Below, in pieces: positions 17,201-25,523 of a stretch of 64,000 nucleotides of DNA. The position numbers were made by a program, and so were the translations under genes. The DNA is from Bacillota bacterium (GTDB taxonomy: Bacteria; Bacillota; Sulfobacillia; RBS10-35; JAJYVN01): contig JAJZXK010000004.1 in NCBI GenBank assembly GCA_021806565.1, forward strand, positions 11,445-75,444, read 5' to 3'. The notes below the pieces were generated by a model that saw only the letters and a program-made list of their open reading frames with translations, made no database searches and was not told the DNA's origin. Position 1 is the first letter of the stretch; every line of letters begins with the position of its first letter.

Positions 17201-20165
17201 CGCCGCGACGGGCGTCCTGACCATCACAGGCGGCTCCTTCGCCGGCAACAAGGCAGTGGGCGGCGCGGCGGGAACGGGTGGAACGGGCGGCGAAGGCGGG
17301 TGGGGTGGGTACGGGGGCACGGGCGGCGGCGGCGGGCATTCGGGCTTCCCCTGCCAGGGAGCAAGCGGCGGATCGGGGGCCTCCGGGGCCAACGGCGGGA
17401 CGGGCGGGGCGGGTAGCGCGGCACGCCCCGGCGGCGACGGTCAGGGTGGCGCGATCTACAACGCGGGCACGCTCACCATCAGCGGCGCCAGTTTCAGCGG
17501 CTCGGGCGGCAACGTCGCCGCGGGCGCACCGGGTGCGCAGGGCGGACCGGGTGGCTCGGGTGGTGGCGGCGGCAAGGGCGGCAGCGGCGGCCCAGGCGGC
17601 GGTGCCCCGGCCGGCCCCGCCGGCGACGCCGGTGGCAACGGCTGCGACGGCAGCGGTGGCAGCGGCGGCTCAGGCGGCTCAGGCGGAAACGGCGAGGGCG
17701 GCGCCATCTACACGACGGACGCGGTGGTCCTCAACAACGTCAGCTTCGCCGGCGGCGCACAGGTCGACCACAACGCGGCCCTCGGCGGCGTGGGCGGCGG
17801 GCCCGGCGCGCCGGGGCTTGGCGCGCCCAGCACCCAGAGCATTCATGGCTGCGGCGGCAGCGGGTCCGCCCCCTCCCATTCCAAGGTCGCCACGGCGCCT
17901 CCCGTCCCCCAGCAAGGGGCTGCCGGGTTGGGCAGCGGACCGGACGTCTACGACGCCGGCCAGGGGGTCCAGGTGGCCACGCAGAGCCTACCCGGCGCCG
18001 TGGCCGGCGAGCCGTACCACGCCACGCTCGACGCCGCCGGCGGCAACGGGCCCTATGTGTGGTCGCCCCTGCCTGGCTCCCTGCCGTCCTGGCTGCAGAT
18101 GGACGGCTTCGGCGACATCAGCGGCGTGCCGCCCGCCCCGGGCATCGCCAGCGTCGGCGTGGAGGTGGCGGACGCCACGCCGAACGCTCCGCCGGCGCAG
18201 GCGACCCTGCACATCTCCGTCCTGCCGCCCCTGACCGTCCTGCCGGCGGAACTCGACGGCGCGACGGTGGGCCAGCCGTACAGCGCAACCCTCACCGCGG
18301 CTGGAGGGACCGCCCCGTACACCTGGACGATGACGGGACTGTTGCCGCTGGGCCTGTCGCTTTCCAGCCAGGGGAGCACGGCCACCATCAGCGGCACCGT
18401 CGCCGCAGGCGGTCCGGCCGACTTCACGCTGCAGGTCTCCGACGCGTCCAGCCCACCGCAGGCCGTGACCGTCCCGTACGTTCTGGTGGCCGCCCCGCCG
18501 GGCGTCTCCGTCACCGGCGCCTCCACGGCGGCAAGCGCGGTCCACGGCGGCACGGCCACCGCTGGCGGCAGCGGCAGTGCGACGCCCGACACGACGGTGG
18601 AGGCCGCGGGTGGCGCCGGCACGGTGAACGTGGCCGACTACTCGGGCAATCCGGGCGGCACGGCCACCTTCGGCGGCGCCGGCACCGCGTACTTCGACGT
18701 CAACGTCTCCAGGGACAGCACCTTCACCTACCTGACGATCACCGAGTGCAACCTGGCACCCGGGTTCGGCGGCATCTGGTGGTACGGGCCGCAGGGGTGG
18801 GTGTTTCCCTCCGACCAGGGCCTTTGGAACGGTTGCGACATCCTGTATCTCGACGACCAGACCGTACCGCCCATCTCGGCGCTGACCGGCAGCATCTTCG
18901 CCACCGGCCCGTTGCCGCCGCCACCCGCGGTCACCGGTGTCACGCCGGCACAGGGGCCTGCCGCCGGGGGCGGCATCGTGGCCATCCAGGGCAGCAACGT
19001 TTCGGACGTGACGGCCGTGGACTTCGGCCCGACGAGCACTTCCCAGTTCCGGGTGGTCTCCGCGGGCGAGGTCGACGCCGTCGTCCCGGCCGGGTCCGGG
19101 ACCGTAGACATCGTGGTCCAAACACCGTCGGGCAACAGCCCCCCGACACCCGCGGACCGCTTCACGTACGCGAGCACGTCTTCCTCGTCTTCCACAGCGT
19201 CGTCGTCTTTCGTGCCCCCCGTCTCCGGCGCCACGCCGCCGGGGCCGAGCGTCGGACCGGCCGGCGGCACGCTCGCCACCGAGGATGACGCCTTCACCAT
19301 GGCGGTCCCAGCCGGCGCCGTGGCGGACGGCGGCGCTGTGTGGATCGGAGAGCCGGGCGGCGGCCTGTCCAACGCCCCGCCGGGGCTGGCTTGGGCAAGC
19401 CCTGTGTTCACCCTGAGCGGATCCCCGTTACGCACCCCGCAAGAGGCCGCGATCCAGTACCGCGCAGCGGCACTCGGGGGCCTGGCACCCGACCGGCTCT
19501 CCGTCTACACCCTCGGTGCGGGCGGCAGGTGGCGCCCCGTCCCGACCATTGTGCGGGCCTCGTCGGACACGGTTCGCGTCCTGGCGGCGGCCCCCGAAAC
19601 CCTTGCCGTATTCGCGGCCACCGAGGTGTTCACGGATGTGCCGGCCACCCATTGGGCGGCCGCAGACATCGCCGCGATGGAAGCGGCCGGGGTGGTGCGC
19701 GGCTTTCCCGACGGCAGCTTCCGCCCCGATCGGCCTGTGACCCGCGCGCAGTTCGTCCAGATGCTCGACGGCGTCCTGGGCCTGCAACCGGTCGCGGGCA
19801 CATCGACCCGGTATACCGACGTGCCCGCGGGTGCGTGGTATGCCCCCTACGTCGCAGCCGCCACCCAGGCGTCCATCGTCGCGGGAACCTCGGCGGCGAC
19901 CTTCTCGCCCGACGCAACCCTCAGGCGCGAGCAGGCAGCCGTGCTCCTGGCGCGCGCCCTCCACCTGCAGGGCGCGCCGGGGACGGAGTCGCCTTTTTCG
20001 GACGCGCACCGCATCGATGCCTGGGCGGCCGCCGCGGTGGCCCAAACGGCGGCGGCCGGGGTCCTGAAAGGCTTGCCCGATGGCAGGTTTGCGCCGCTGG
20101 CCGCGCTGACCCGGGCCCAGGCCGCCACCATCCTCGCACGGGTCTGGCGGCGGCGGGCCCCTTGA
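14253..20165 (+). CDS. giant secreted, SLH-anchored multidomain surface protein
   Basis: The frame is open from 13446 but overlaps the LuxR gene. The first in-frame ATGs after its stop are 14253 and 14274 (MRLRALVGMGLSLMLMIPLGLAGRADA is a signal peptide). Segments by eye: carboxypeptidase-regulatory-like segments; two Big_2-type Ig repeats (about 15345-15840); Gly-rich beta-helix-type repeats; two PYxATLxAxGGxxPYxW 'putative Ig' repeats (about 17990-18500); IPT/TIG-like (about 18920-19170); a Ser-rich linker; three SLH domains. Confidence 0.9.
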   Translation: MHAGVEAMRLRALVGMGLSLMLMIPLGLAGRADAAASSISNLTVATSNPIVGATATDTLRFTTSAAGPLSGSAGGAVVLTFSPGVTVATATYTVTSGDLPVPVTGSAGTGDASTTLTLHLAATASVGASAAVEVRVLHTVNPEATGMETVGVSTTADAAPRFATLEIVAAPPVCFPQTSSSGIYGGTYDAATGQPLSGAVVAAIQPYNLYLGGSGPEVGSGSDGCYALASGMGSFAVSASAPGYATINVPAAVPQGWVPVNLAMSAQAGLCAPPAPSSDVYGMVSGADGTGIADASLAFGSVTATTYADGCYRADVSAQNTGLTGPTLQATASAPGYAASTLWVQQAGGAPTLLNFALTATGPTLDVAPASSQVEPGATAQLTATWNPGPGSVPQVVAAQWQSADSRVATVSSTGVVTGVAAGQSTVVSATYAGVSAKADVEVLTPTLTGITVTPADLTLSVGQQRTLDVTGRYADGSSGSLAAQAGWASSNPQVAVVSTSGTVTGVEPGSAVITATVAGFRAQAGVTVSAGAPAAASAVAGGGQYAALGQPFPARLAVRVVDAAGNPLPGAVVTFTAPPPGGGPTAIFPGGATTASVPTDGSGLATAPAMDAAGDYGGFTVTADAGGLSTPVGFALTDASSVLTGCGPQELALAVAAGGLVELTCPAVIQVPEPMTIQAGQTVILDGRFAPPGAGELMLAMPPAVPPAVCGHTVVTPTHTEQGGMFYVCSGGNLTLTHLTLSGGFQHVAGADGSPGVDGQWGANGASASSFGQTGKPGQPGTAGGSGQEGTSIQGGLLYVAQGATAAIHESTLTAVVAQGGGGGTGGSGGPGGSGGGGGSWCDYETVDFGGATVEEYPVNCVDNGSAGGGGGGAATGGGAGSAGPGAAAQGGAVYNAGTLTVVDGSFTTDEALGGPGGTGGGGAWGGAGGSGGNGAFGLPQHDTTCDAGSGGSGGGAQAGSDGHAGGAGGAGGGGMGGALYNAATGVLTITGGSFAGNKAVGGAAGTGGTGGEGGWGGYGGTGGGGGHSGFPCQGASGGSGASGANGGTGGAGSAARPGGDGQGGAIYNAGTLTISGASFSGSGGNVAAGAPGAQGGPGGSGGGGGKGGSGGPGGGAPAGPAGDAGGNGCDGSGGSGGSGGSGGNGEGGAIYTTDAVVLNNVSFAGGAQVDHNAALGGVGGGPGAPGLGAPSTQSIHGCGGSGSAPSHSKVATAPPVPQQGAAGLGSGPDVYDAGQGVQVATQSLPGAVAGEPYHATLDAAGGNGPYVWSPLPGSLPSWLQMDGFGDISGVPPAPGIASVGVEVADATPNAPPAQATLHISVLPPLTVLPAELDGATVGQPYSATLTAAGGTAPYTWTMTGLLPLGLSLSSQGSTATISGTVAAGGPADFTLQVSDASSPPQAVTVPYVLVAAPPGVSVTGASTAASAVHGGTATAGGSGSATPDTTVEAAGGAGTVNVADYSGNPGGTATFGGAGTAYFDVNVSRDSTFTYLTITECNLAPGFGGIWWYGPQGWVFPSDQGLWNGCDILYLDDQTVPPISALTGSIFATGPLPPPPAVTGVTPAQGPAAGGGIVAIQGSNVSDVTAVDFGPTSTSQFRVVSAGEVDAVVPAGSGTVDIVVQTPSGNSPPTPADRFTYASTSSSSSTASSSFVPPVSGATPPGPSVGPAGGTLATEDDAFTMAVPAGAVADGGAVWIGEPGGGLSNAPPGLAWASPVFTLSGSPLRTPQEAAIQYRAAALGGLAPDRLSVYTLGAGGRWRPVPTIVRASSDTVRVLAAAPETLAVFAATEVFTDVPATHWAAADIAAMEAAGVVRGFPDGSFRPDRPVTRAQFVQMLDGVLGLQPVAGTSTRYTDVPAGAWYAPYVAAATQASIVAGTSAATFSPDATLRREQAAVLLARALHLQGAPGTESPFSDAHRIDAWAAAAVAQTAAAGVLKGLPDGRFAPLAALTRAQAATILARVWRRRAP
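16428..17826 (+). repeat. Gly-rich periodic repeats (about 84-96 aa period) with GGA[ILV]Y...SF..N motif inside the giant protein
   Basis: GGLLYVAQ (16638), GGAVYNAGTLTVVDGSFTTDEALGG (16926), GGALYNAATGVLTITGGSFAGNKAVGG (17184), GGAIYNAGTLTISGASFSGSGGN (17445), GGAIYTTDAVVLNNVSFAGG (17697). Each is followed by about 50 aa of GGxGG low complexity. Confidence 0.65.
19623..20150 (+). repeat. three tandem S-layer-homology (SLH) domains at the C-terminus of the giant protein
   Basis: FTDVPATHWAAADIAAMEAAGVVRGFPDGSFRPDRPVTRAQFVQML; YTDVPAGAWYAPYVAAATQASIVAG...FSPDATLRREQAAVLLARAL; FSDAHRIDAWAAAAVAQTAAAGVLKGLPDGRFAPLAALTRAQAATILARV. Confidence 0.85.
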
Positions 20166-20574
20166 TGCGTTGAGGCGGGCGGGGCCGGGGCGGCGCGCAG
20201 CCCCGGTCGCATGCCCCGTGGACGGATCAGGATCGCGGCGCGGCGCCGCCCGGAGGCTGCGTGACGCAGTCGTAGGACGAGCACGGGGTTTGCAGCGGGC
20301 ACGCCTCGTTGAGCCCAGGACGCGGGTCGCGGCAACGCGTGCTGCGCAGGCAGGGAAAGCACCGCCCGGAGGGGATCGGCCGGCCGTCACGCCTCGTCCC
20401 CCCTCCTTGGCGACCTGAGCGCCTCGGGATGATACGATCGCTGCAGGCGGCCCACAGCCGATACGCCGCAGGTTCACGCGGGTCCGCCGGTGGGCCCTCT
20501 TGGGGAGAAACCCCGGTCCCGACAAAGAGCCAGCGGTCGGTGATAGGACCCGCCGCTAAGGAGACCAGCGCGCG

Positions 20575-21780
20575 ATGCCATCGCTTGCGACACCACGCGC
20601 CCAGCCCTGGAGCGTACGCCGGCACCAGGCGGACGCCAGCGGCGATCCGCGGTCGCCCTACGCCCGCGACCGGGACCGGATCCTGCACAGCGCCTCCTTC
20701 CGCCAACTGCAATATAAGACCCAGGTCTACATCGTCAGCGACGGGGACTACTATCGCACGCGCATCACCCACTCGCTCGAGGTCGCCCAACTGTCCCGAT
20801 CCCTGGCCCGCCTGCTCGGCCTGTGCGAGGACTTGGTCGAGGCGATCGCTCTGGGACACGACGTGGGCCACACCCCCTTCGGCCACGCCGGGGAGCTGGA
20901 ACTCGACCGATTACTGAAAGACCGAGGCCTTGTGGCGGGCTGGAACTCCAACACGCACTCCCTCACGGTCATGGACGAACTTGAATTCGAGCATCCCCGG
21001 TATGATGGCCTCAACCTCACATACGCCACCAGGCAGGGCATCGCCCGCCACCGCACACCGTTCGATGAACCGGCCGCCGACTTCGATGATTGGCCGCAGC
21101 CGACGCCTGAGGCCCAGGTTGTGAACGTTGCGGACCTGCTGGCATATGTGGCCCACGACACCGAAGACGCCGTCGTGGGAGGTCTGCTCGACATCGAGCA
21201 ACTGGAGGAAGGCGGAAGCGACGCGACCCGCCTCTGGCGCAAGAGCCTCGCAACCGCAGGGAGCGAGTTCGAGTCGGCGGGAAACCCGCGACCGGCTGCC
21301 GCACGGCCCGGAGAGCAGCAGCGACGACTCCTCCAGCGCGCCCGACGGCACTTCATCAACGACGCGGTGCTCGCCATGCGGGATGAATCCCTGACCGCCA
21401 TCCGCCGGTCCGGGGCAACGGATCACCGCGCGGTGATTCGGCACCCTGCGCCCCTGATCCGGTTTCCGGAAGGGCTTCAAGCCGAATTCCACGAGCTCGC
21501 CGCTTATCTTTTGAAGCACGTCTATCGCTCACCGGTGGTTTCGCGCCAGAACCACCGGGAACGTTACATCCTGAGCAATGTCTATACCGCCTTGGCCGAG
21601 GACGAAAGCCATGCCCTGTTGCCAGAGCACTACCGGACCCGTCTGCTGGACCCAGCCCGCCGACAGGACCGGTTCATGACGATCGCCCAGTACGTCGCCT
21701 CGCTCAGTGATCGGGCCCTGCTCGACCTCTACGCGGAACTCTTCGATCCACGCGAGCGGACCATGATCCGGAGAAGCTGA
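20575..21780 (+). CDS. dgt: dGTP triphosphohydrolase-like HD-domain phosphohydrolase
   Basis: AAGGAG (20558-20563) precedes ATG 20575. RSPYARDRDRILHSASFRQLQYKTQV and HSLEVAQLSR...GHDVGHTPFGHAGE are the classic Dgt-family N-terminal and HD motifs. Confidence 0.85.
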   Translation: MPSLATPRAQPWSVRRHQADASGDPRSPYARDRDRILHSASFRQLQYKTQVYIVSDGDYYRTRITHSLEVAQLSRSLARLLGLCEDLVEAIALGHDVGHTPFGHAGELELDRLLKDRGLVAGWNSNTHSLTVMDELEFEHPRYDGLNLTYATRQGIARHRTPFDEPAADFDDWPQPTPEAQVVNVADLLAYVAHDTEDAVVGGLLDIEQLEEGGSDATRLWRKSLATAGSEFESAGNPRPAAARPGEQQRRLLQRARRHFINDAVLAMRDESLTAIRRSGATDHRAVIRHPAPLIRFPEGLQAEFHELAAYLLKHVYRSPVVSRQNHRERYILSNVYTALAEDESHALLPEHYRTRLLDPARRQDRFMTIAQYVASLSDRALLDLYAELFDPRERTMIRRS

Positions 21781-22220
21781 ACCGCCGCGGTTCCCGTAGG
21801 AGTGCGCGGCGTGGCCCGGCCGGCGCACCCTGCGATGTTCAGGCGGCCCGCGCCAGCACGGACCGCATCGTCCAGGCGACCAGGGCAGCGGCCAGGAGCG
21901 CGAAGATCGCCGACTCGATACCCTGGAACGCCCAGAGAACCGGCTCACCGGTGGGACTTTGGCAAGCCATTGCTACCCGTACGGCGCAAGGCACGATGAA
22001 CGGATGAAGTCCCCCTGGCTCCGATGAATGCGGCAGGCCGGGAGGATCAGACCGACCCGCATGGCGGGTCCACGCGTGAACTGCGCTGGGGAACGCCGGG
22101 CGGTCGCAAGCAGGCCATGCGCCGCACAGCGCACCCCTGCGCGCCCCCGCGAAGGACAACTGGCGCACGGCGGGGAGACCTGGGACGGTTCGTGCGATGG
22201 GGCGATACGGTTGGCCCCGG

Positions 22221-22772
22221 TCACCCCCGCCCGCGCATCCAGGGCACCAACTGCGGCGTCCGCCTCCGGTACTTCCGGTACCCATCCCCGAACGTCTCCA
22301 CCATCAGCCGCTCCTCGACCCGCATCTTCACCAGGATGTAAACGAGGAACGCCGCCGCCCCCAGCACGATCCGCACGCGACCGTCCATGAGCACAGTCCC
22401 GAGCGCCATCCCCAGCATGCCGGTGTAGATGGGATGCCGCGTGACCGCGTACGGCCCATCGGTGCGCAACTCGTGCGTCTCCTTGACGGCAGGGGCCGAA
22501 CTCCACATACGTCCCAGGACAGCACGCGCCCACAGGGTGAACGCCGTGCCACCGACCAGGACGACGGCCCCGACCGCCGCCGGCACAGGCCCTCGAATGA
22601 GAACCGGCTCCGGAAGCCCCCCCATCCGCTCCATCAGCAGTAGCGCCGCCACGATCGCAAGGCCCGTCCAGTGGAACGACGTGATGCGTGTCCGCGGCCC
22701 GCGCGCGAGGTTGTACAGCCAGCCGCCGGCCCAGACGGCGGCCCAGGCGATCCAGCAGAACTTGATCAGCAT
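22221..22772 (-). CDS. ICMT/PEMT-family membrane methyltransferase
   Basis: ORF 22221..23141. The real protein starts at ATG 22772 (MLIKFCWIAWAAVWAGGW). ELRTDGPYAVTRHPIYTGMLGMALG is the isoprenylcysteine carboxyl methyltransferase-family signature. Confidence 0.75.
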   Translation of the reverse strand: MLIKFCWIAWAAVWAGGWLYNLARGPRTRITSFHWTGLAIVAALLLMERMGGLPEPVLIRGPVPAAVGAVVLVGGTAFTLWARAVLGRMWSSAPAVKETHELRTDGPYAVTRHPIYTGMLGMALGTVLMDGRVRIVLGAAAFLVYILVKMRVEERLMVETFGDGYRKYRRRTPQLVPWMRGRG

Positions 22773-22978
22773 CCCGCTCCAGCCGGCCAACGTGCGCCAC
22801 CCCGCAGCAGTGTACTCCCGACCGGCGCCAGCCCGACTGCGCTCGTGGGTGCAGCCATCGACGGAAATCCTGCTGGAACCGCGCCGAAGCCCGCGGCGAA
22901 AGCGCACTTCCACCTTGGAGGCACACCGGGATCCTTGCCGCCCCTTGCCTTCAGCGAAAGGCCGCCGCGGGCCTTTCC

Positions 22979-23878
22979 TCACACCATCGGCAGGGCCACC
23001 GGCTCCCCGCCGGCCTGCGCCGACCGTAGCGCGCAATCGGAAAACGCCACCGCCTCCACCAACTCCGCCGCAGACACGGGGGACGGCACGGCCCCAGAGA
23101 GTACGGCCACCACAACCTTGAGGAGTTCGTGGTAGATCCACGCCGTGTCGACGCGGGCCACCTCCACCGCCTTCTCCCCGTATAGGGAGAAGCCGAACCG
23201 CGACGCCCCCGCCCGCAACCCGCGCACCCCGCCGAGCCGCCCGTCCCCCCAGACCCCGAGCGCGTCATCGGCGCCCTCGGTGGTCACGCAGCGCACCGAG
23301 CGGCACCCCGGCCCGCCCATGAGGGTGTATAGCATCTCCACCCCGTGCACGCCGTAGTGGAACAGCCCTGGATTACCCGCATGCAGTGACGCCGGCGTGA
23401 AGGTCTGCGCCCCCAATACGCGTCCGCCCACGGCCGCCACCGCAGCCTGCACCTCACGCGCGAACCGCAGCGACGACGCCGACAACAGAGGCACGCCCGC
23501 CTTCGCCGCCGCCTCCACCATCGCCGCCGCCTCCACCACTGCGCACGCGAAAGGCTTGTCGACGAAGACCGGCACCCCGGCCTGCAGCCACGGCACCGCC
23601 AGTCCGGCGTGCGTGCTACCCTGCTGCGCCTCGACGAGCACGCCGTCCACACGGTGGGCCGCTAGGTCCTGCGGCCGCTCGACGATCGCCACGTCCATGG
23701 CCCGCAGCGTCTCCGCGTGCCGCAGCAGCCGGTCGGGCGCGATCTCCGAGGTGCCCGGCCAGGCCGCCACCACGACGGCCCCGCCGACCCGCTGCTCCGC
23801 CACCACGTCCCGCCCATTCAGCCGCCGCGTGAACTCGACCACGTGACTGGTATCGCACCCCAGGATCCCCAGGCGCAT
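22979..23878 (-). CDS. Gfo/Idh/MocA-like NAD(P)-dependent oxidoreductase
   Basis: ORF 22979..23956, starting at ATG 23878: MRLGILGCDTSHVVEF...VFVDKPFACAVVEAAAMVEAAAKAGVPLLSASSLRF. This is a Rossmann N-terminus followed by the DKP motif typical of the family. Confidence 0.65.
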   Translation of the reverse strand: MRLGILGCDTSHVVEFTRRLNGRDVVAEQRVGGAVVVAAWPGTSEIAPDRLLRHAETLRAMDVAIVERPQDLAAHRVDGVLVEAQQGSTHAGLAVPWLQAGVPVFVDKPFACAVVEAAAMVEAAAKAGVPLLSASSLRFAREVQAAVAAVGGRVLGAQTFTPASLHAGNPGLFHYGVHGVEMLYTLMGGPGCRSVRCVTTEGADDALGVWGDGRLGGVRGLRAGASRFGFSLYGEKAVEVARVDTAWIYHELLKVVVAVLSGAVPSPVSAAELVEAVAFSDCALRSAQAGGEPVALPMV

Positions 23879-24086
23879 CACCCGCGCTCGCCCCCCCGCC
23901 CTCCCCGTACCCCAGAGCGGCGCAGATCCCTCCGGACAATCGGACCGACCTTGCATGAGGCCGGGTACAGTGGCGGCGGAGGTGTGCCGGCGTGCCTGAA
24001 CCTCCCCACGGCGCCAGGTGTCGCAAACGCCGGTTGCCGCACCTGTGCGAGGGCGCGACGAGGCGAAACCGGTGAGACCACTCGGC

Positions 24087-24305
24087 TCACCGGCCTCCGC
24101 GCGGGCGCCGGTCCCGCTCCGACGTAAGCTGCGAGGTGCCGATCAGGGTGGAGCGGGCGGCGACGAGGTCGACCGCTGTACCCTCGAAGACGATTCGGCC
24201 GCCGTCCACGCGCCGGTCGAGCAAGCCCAGCAACCGCTCGATGTCGGCGAGATGAAGGCCGGCGGTCGGCTCGTCTGGGGCGTAGATACCGCCCTTCTTG
24301 GCCAT
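24087..24305 (-). pseudogene. uvrA-like ABC ATPase fragment (Walker B to C-terminus, with internal deletion)
   Basis: [59 protein letters not shown] corresponds to the UvrA C-terminal NBD. It lacks about 30 aa (the ..NTVxVIEHNLDV..DLGPEGG.. block). Confidence 0.6.
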
Positions 24306-24340
24306 GGGCGCGCGAGCGGAAGCGGTTCCAGGCATCGGGG

Positions 24341-24550
24341 CTGGAATACCACCTCGGCGGTCGCGACATCAGCAAGGTATTCGCGATGTCGGTGACCGAG
24401 GCCCGGGAGTTCTTCGGGGCCAGCGATGCGCGCACGCCATCCGCAAGGCGCTGGGCGACGTCGGACTCGGCTACGTTAGCCTCGGCCAGGCCCTCACCAC
24501 CCTGTCCGGCGGAGAGCGGCAGCGGCTCAAGCTTGCCGCGAGCGCGGGGC
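24341..24550 (+). pseudogene. uvrA-like fragment (segment immediately preceding the one above), opposite strand and frameshifted
   Basis: [30 protein letters not shown], then (after a frame change near 24430) HAIRKALGDVGLGYVSLGQALTTLSGGERQRLKLAASA. This is the UvrA region up to the ABC signature motif. Confidence 0.6.
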
Positions 24551-24581
24551 GTGCCGGCGACCCCGCCCCGCGCTCGCTCGG

Positions 24582-25163
24582 TCACTCGGCGGCGGCCAAG
24601 GCCAGTTGCTGTCGAACGCCATGGAACGCGCCGCTCCAGACGATGAGTTGGTCGAGCATGGCGGCTACCGCCGCGGCTTGGTTGGGCGCTGGCTTGAAGA
24701 CACTGAAGTTCTCAAAGTCGGTGTACAGGGAGAGCCCAACCTGGGCGCGCACGGAGGCCATCTGCAGTTCTGCCACGATCACCCGCAGTTGCTCGACAGC
24801 ACGCTGGCCGCCCGTGGCGCCGTAACCCACAAAGCCGACCGCCTTATTGTTCCACTCGCGGTAGAGATAGTCGACCGCGTTCTTGAGTGCCGCGGTCGGG
24901 CCGTGGTTGTACTCGGGCGTGATGAAGACGTAGCCATCGAAGGCGGCGATCTTTGCAGACCAGGCCCGGGTGTGGGGCTTGGTGTACTGCCCTACGGAGG
25001 GCGGCACCGGCTCGTCATACAGAGGCAGGTTGAAGTCGGCGATGTCCACCAGTTCGAACTCGGCGTCACCACGCTGGCGGGCCAGGTTCAGGACCCAATC
25101 GGCAACCGCTTCGACGTTCCGCCCCGGCCGCGTGCTGCCGAGGATAATCGCGATCTTGACCAC
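24582..25163 (-). CDS. NADPH-dependent FMN reductase
   Basis: ORF 24582..25316. GGGAGG SD precedes GTG 25163. VKIAIILGSTRPGRN...YVFITPEYNHGPTAALKNAVDYL is the flavodoxin-like FMN reductase family. Confidence 0.85.
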   Translation of the reverse strand: MVKIAIILGSTRPGRNVEAVADWVLNLARQRGDAEFELVDIADFNLPLYDEPVPPSVGQYTKPHTRAWSAKIAAFDGYVFITPEYNHGPTAALKNAVDYLYREWNNKAVGFVGYGATGGQRAVEQLRVIVAELQMASVRAQVGLSLYTDFENFSVFKPAPNQAAAVAAMLDQLIVWSGAFHGVRQQLALAAAE

Positions 25164-25416
25164 GAGGGGCACCTCCCTGACTGGATGCGAATGTTCAGGT
25201 TCCGAGGCCCGGGAACTGGAACCGAGGCCTGCGACCGTCAATTCGCGAGTTCGGCGGGGCCGGGTAGCCGGTCTTCTGCACGGCCTGTCCCAGTGGTGGA
25301 CGCTCCAGGGAGACACGTGCCCGTTCGGGCCTTCTGCCGCTCCCTGCCGCTACAGCCTACGCCTCCGGTGCGCCCCGCCGCCGAACCACTCGTTGTCCCG
25401 TTTGAATAACTGCATC

Positions 25417-25454
25417 GCTGTACCTTCCATGCGTTTACGGTACAGCTGTGTACC
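25417..25454. promoter_or_regulatory. inverted repeat GCTGTACC-N14-GGTACAGC plus an adjacent third half-site, in a locally AT-richer spacer
   Basis: Arms at 25417-25424 and 25439-25446 are perfect 8-mers, followed by CTGTGTACC and the palindrome CCATATGG. It lies between the marR stop (25524) and the FMN reductase start (25163). It could be an operator or the marR terminator stem. Confidence 0.3.
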
Positions 25455-25523
25455 ATATGGCCCATCTAACCGCGGTCGGATGCAGCCGCTGGATGCTCCG
25501 AGTGCCGCGGTCCTCTCGGCCGC

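Noticed and set aside
16428-17826. Periodic DNA repeats that might be mistaken for a CRISPR or tandem-repeat array.
   Set aside because: The periodicity (about 255 nt) is at the protein level, inside an open reading frame. The copies are diverged, with no short identical direct repeats separated by unique spacers.
16479-19435. Several long antisense or alternative-frame ORFs inside the giant surface-protein gene (e.g. 16479..17339, 17278..18234, 17988..19121, 18059..19288). They include Pro-rich PPxP repeats opposite the Gly-rich repeats.
   Set aside because: GGN-rich coding DNA necessarily gives NCC (Pro-rich) open frames on the other strand. There are no independent signals, and the sense frame has an uninterrupted multidomain architecture.
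20250-20400. Two complementary 7-8-nt segments (GCGTGACG/CGTCACGC and GGACGAG/CTCGTCC) in the giant-gene/dgt spacer. They could form a pseudoknot-like fold.
   Set aside because: Matches of this length are expected by chance in about 400 nt of GC-rich sequence. There is no known motif and no covariation evidence available.
20227-20410. A strong AAGGAGGGGGG box on the minus strand (20401-20410) in the 409-bp spacer between the giant gene and dgt. It lies next to a Cys-rich frame (..GRCFPCLRSTRCRDPRPGLNEACPLQTPCSSYDCVTQPP..stop at 20227) that looks like a small Cys-rich peptide.
   Set aside because: The Cys-rich frame has no ATG, GTG or TTG after the SD box. The GTG that is correctly spaced from the SD opens a different, Arg/Pro-rich frame (part of ORF 19428..20525). 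That frame runs antisense through the SLH domains, which is typical high-GC noise. I cannot support a gene here.
21839-21970. A 43-codon minus-strand frame (MACQSPTGEPVLWAFQGIESAIFALLAAALVAWTMRSVLARAA) with one hydrophobic helix, in the 440-bp gap between dgt and the ICMT-family gene.
   Set aside because: There is no SD within a usable distance and no recognisable family. An ORF this short in GC-rich DNA is expected by chance. It is left unannotated.
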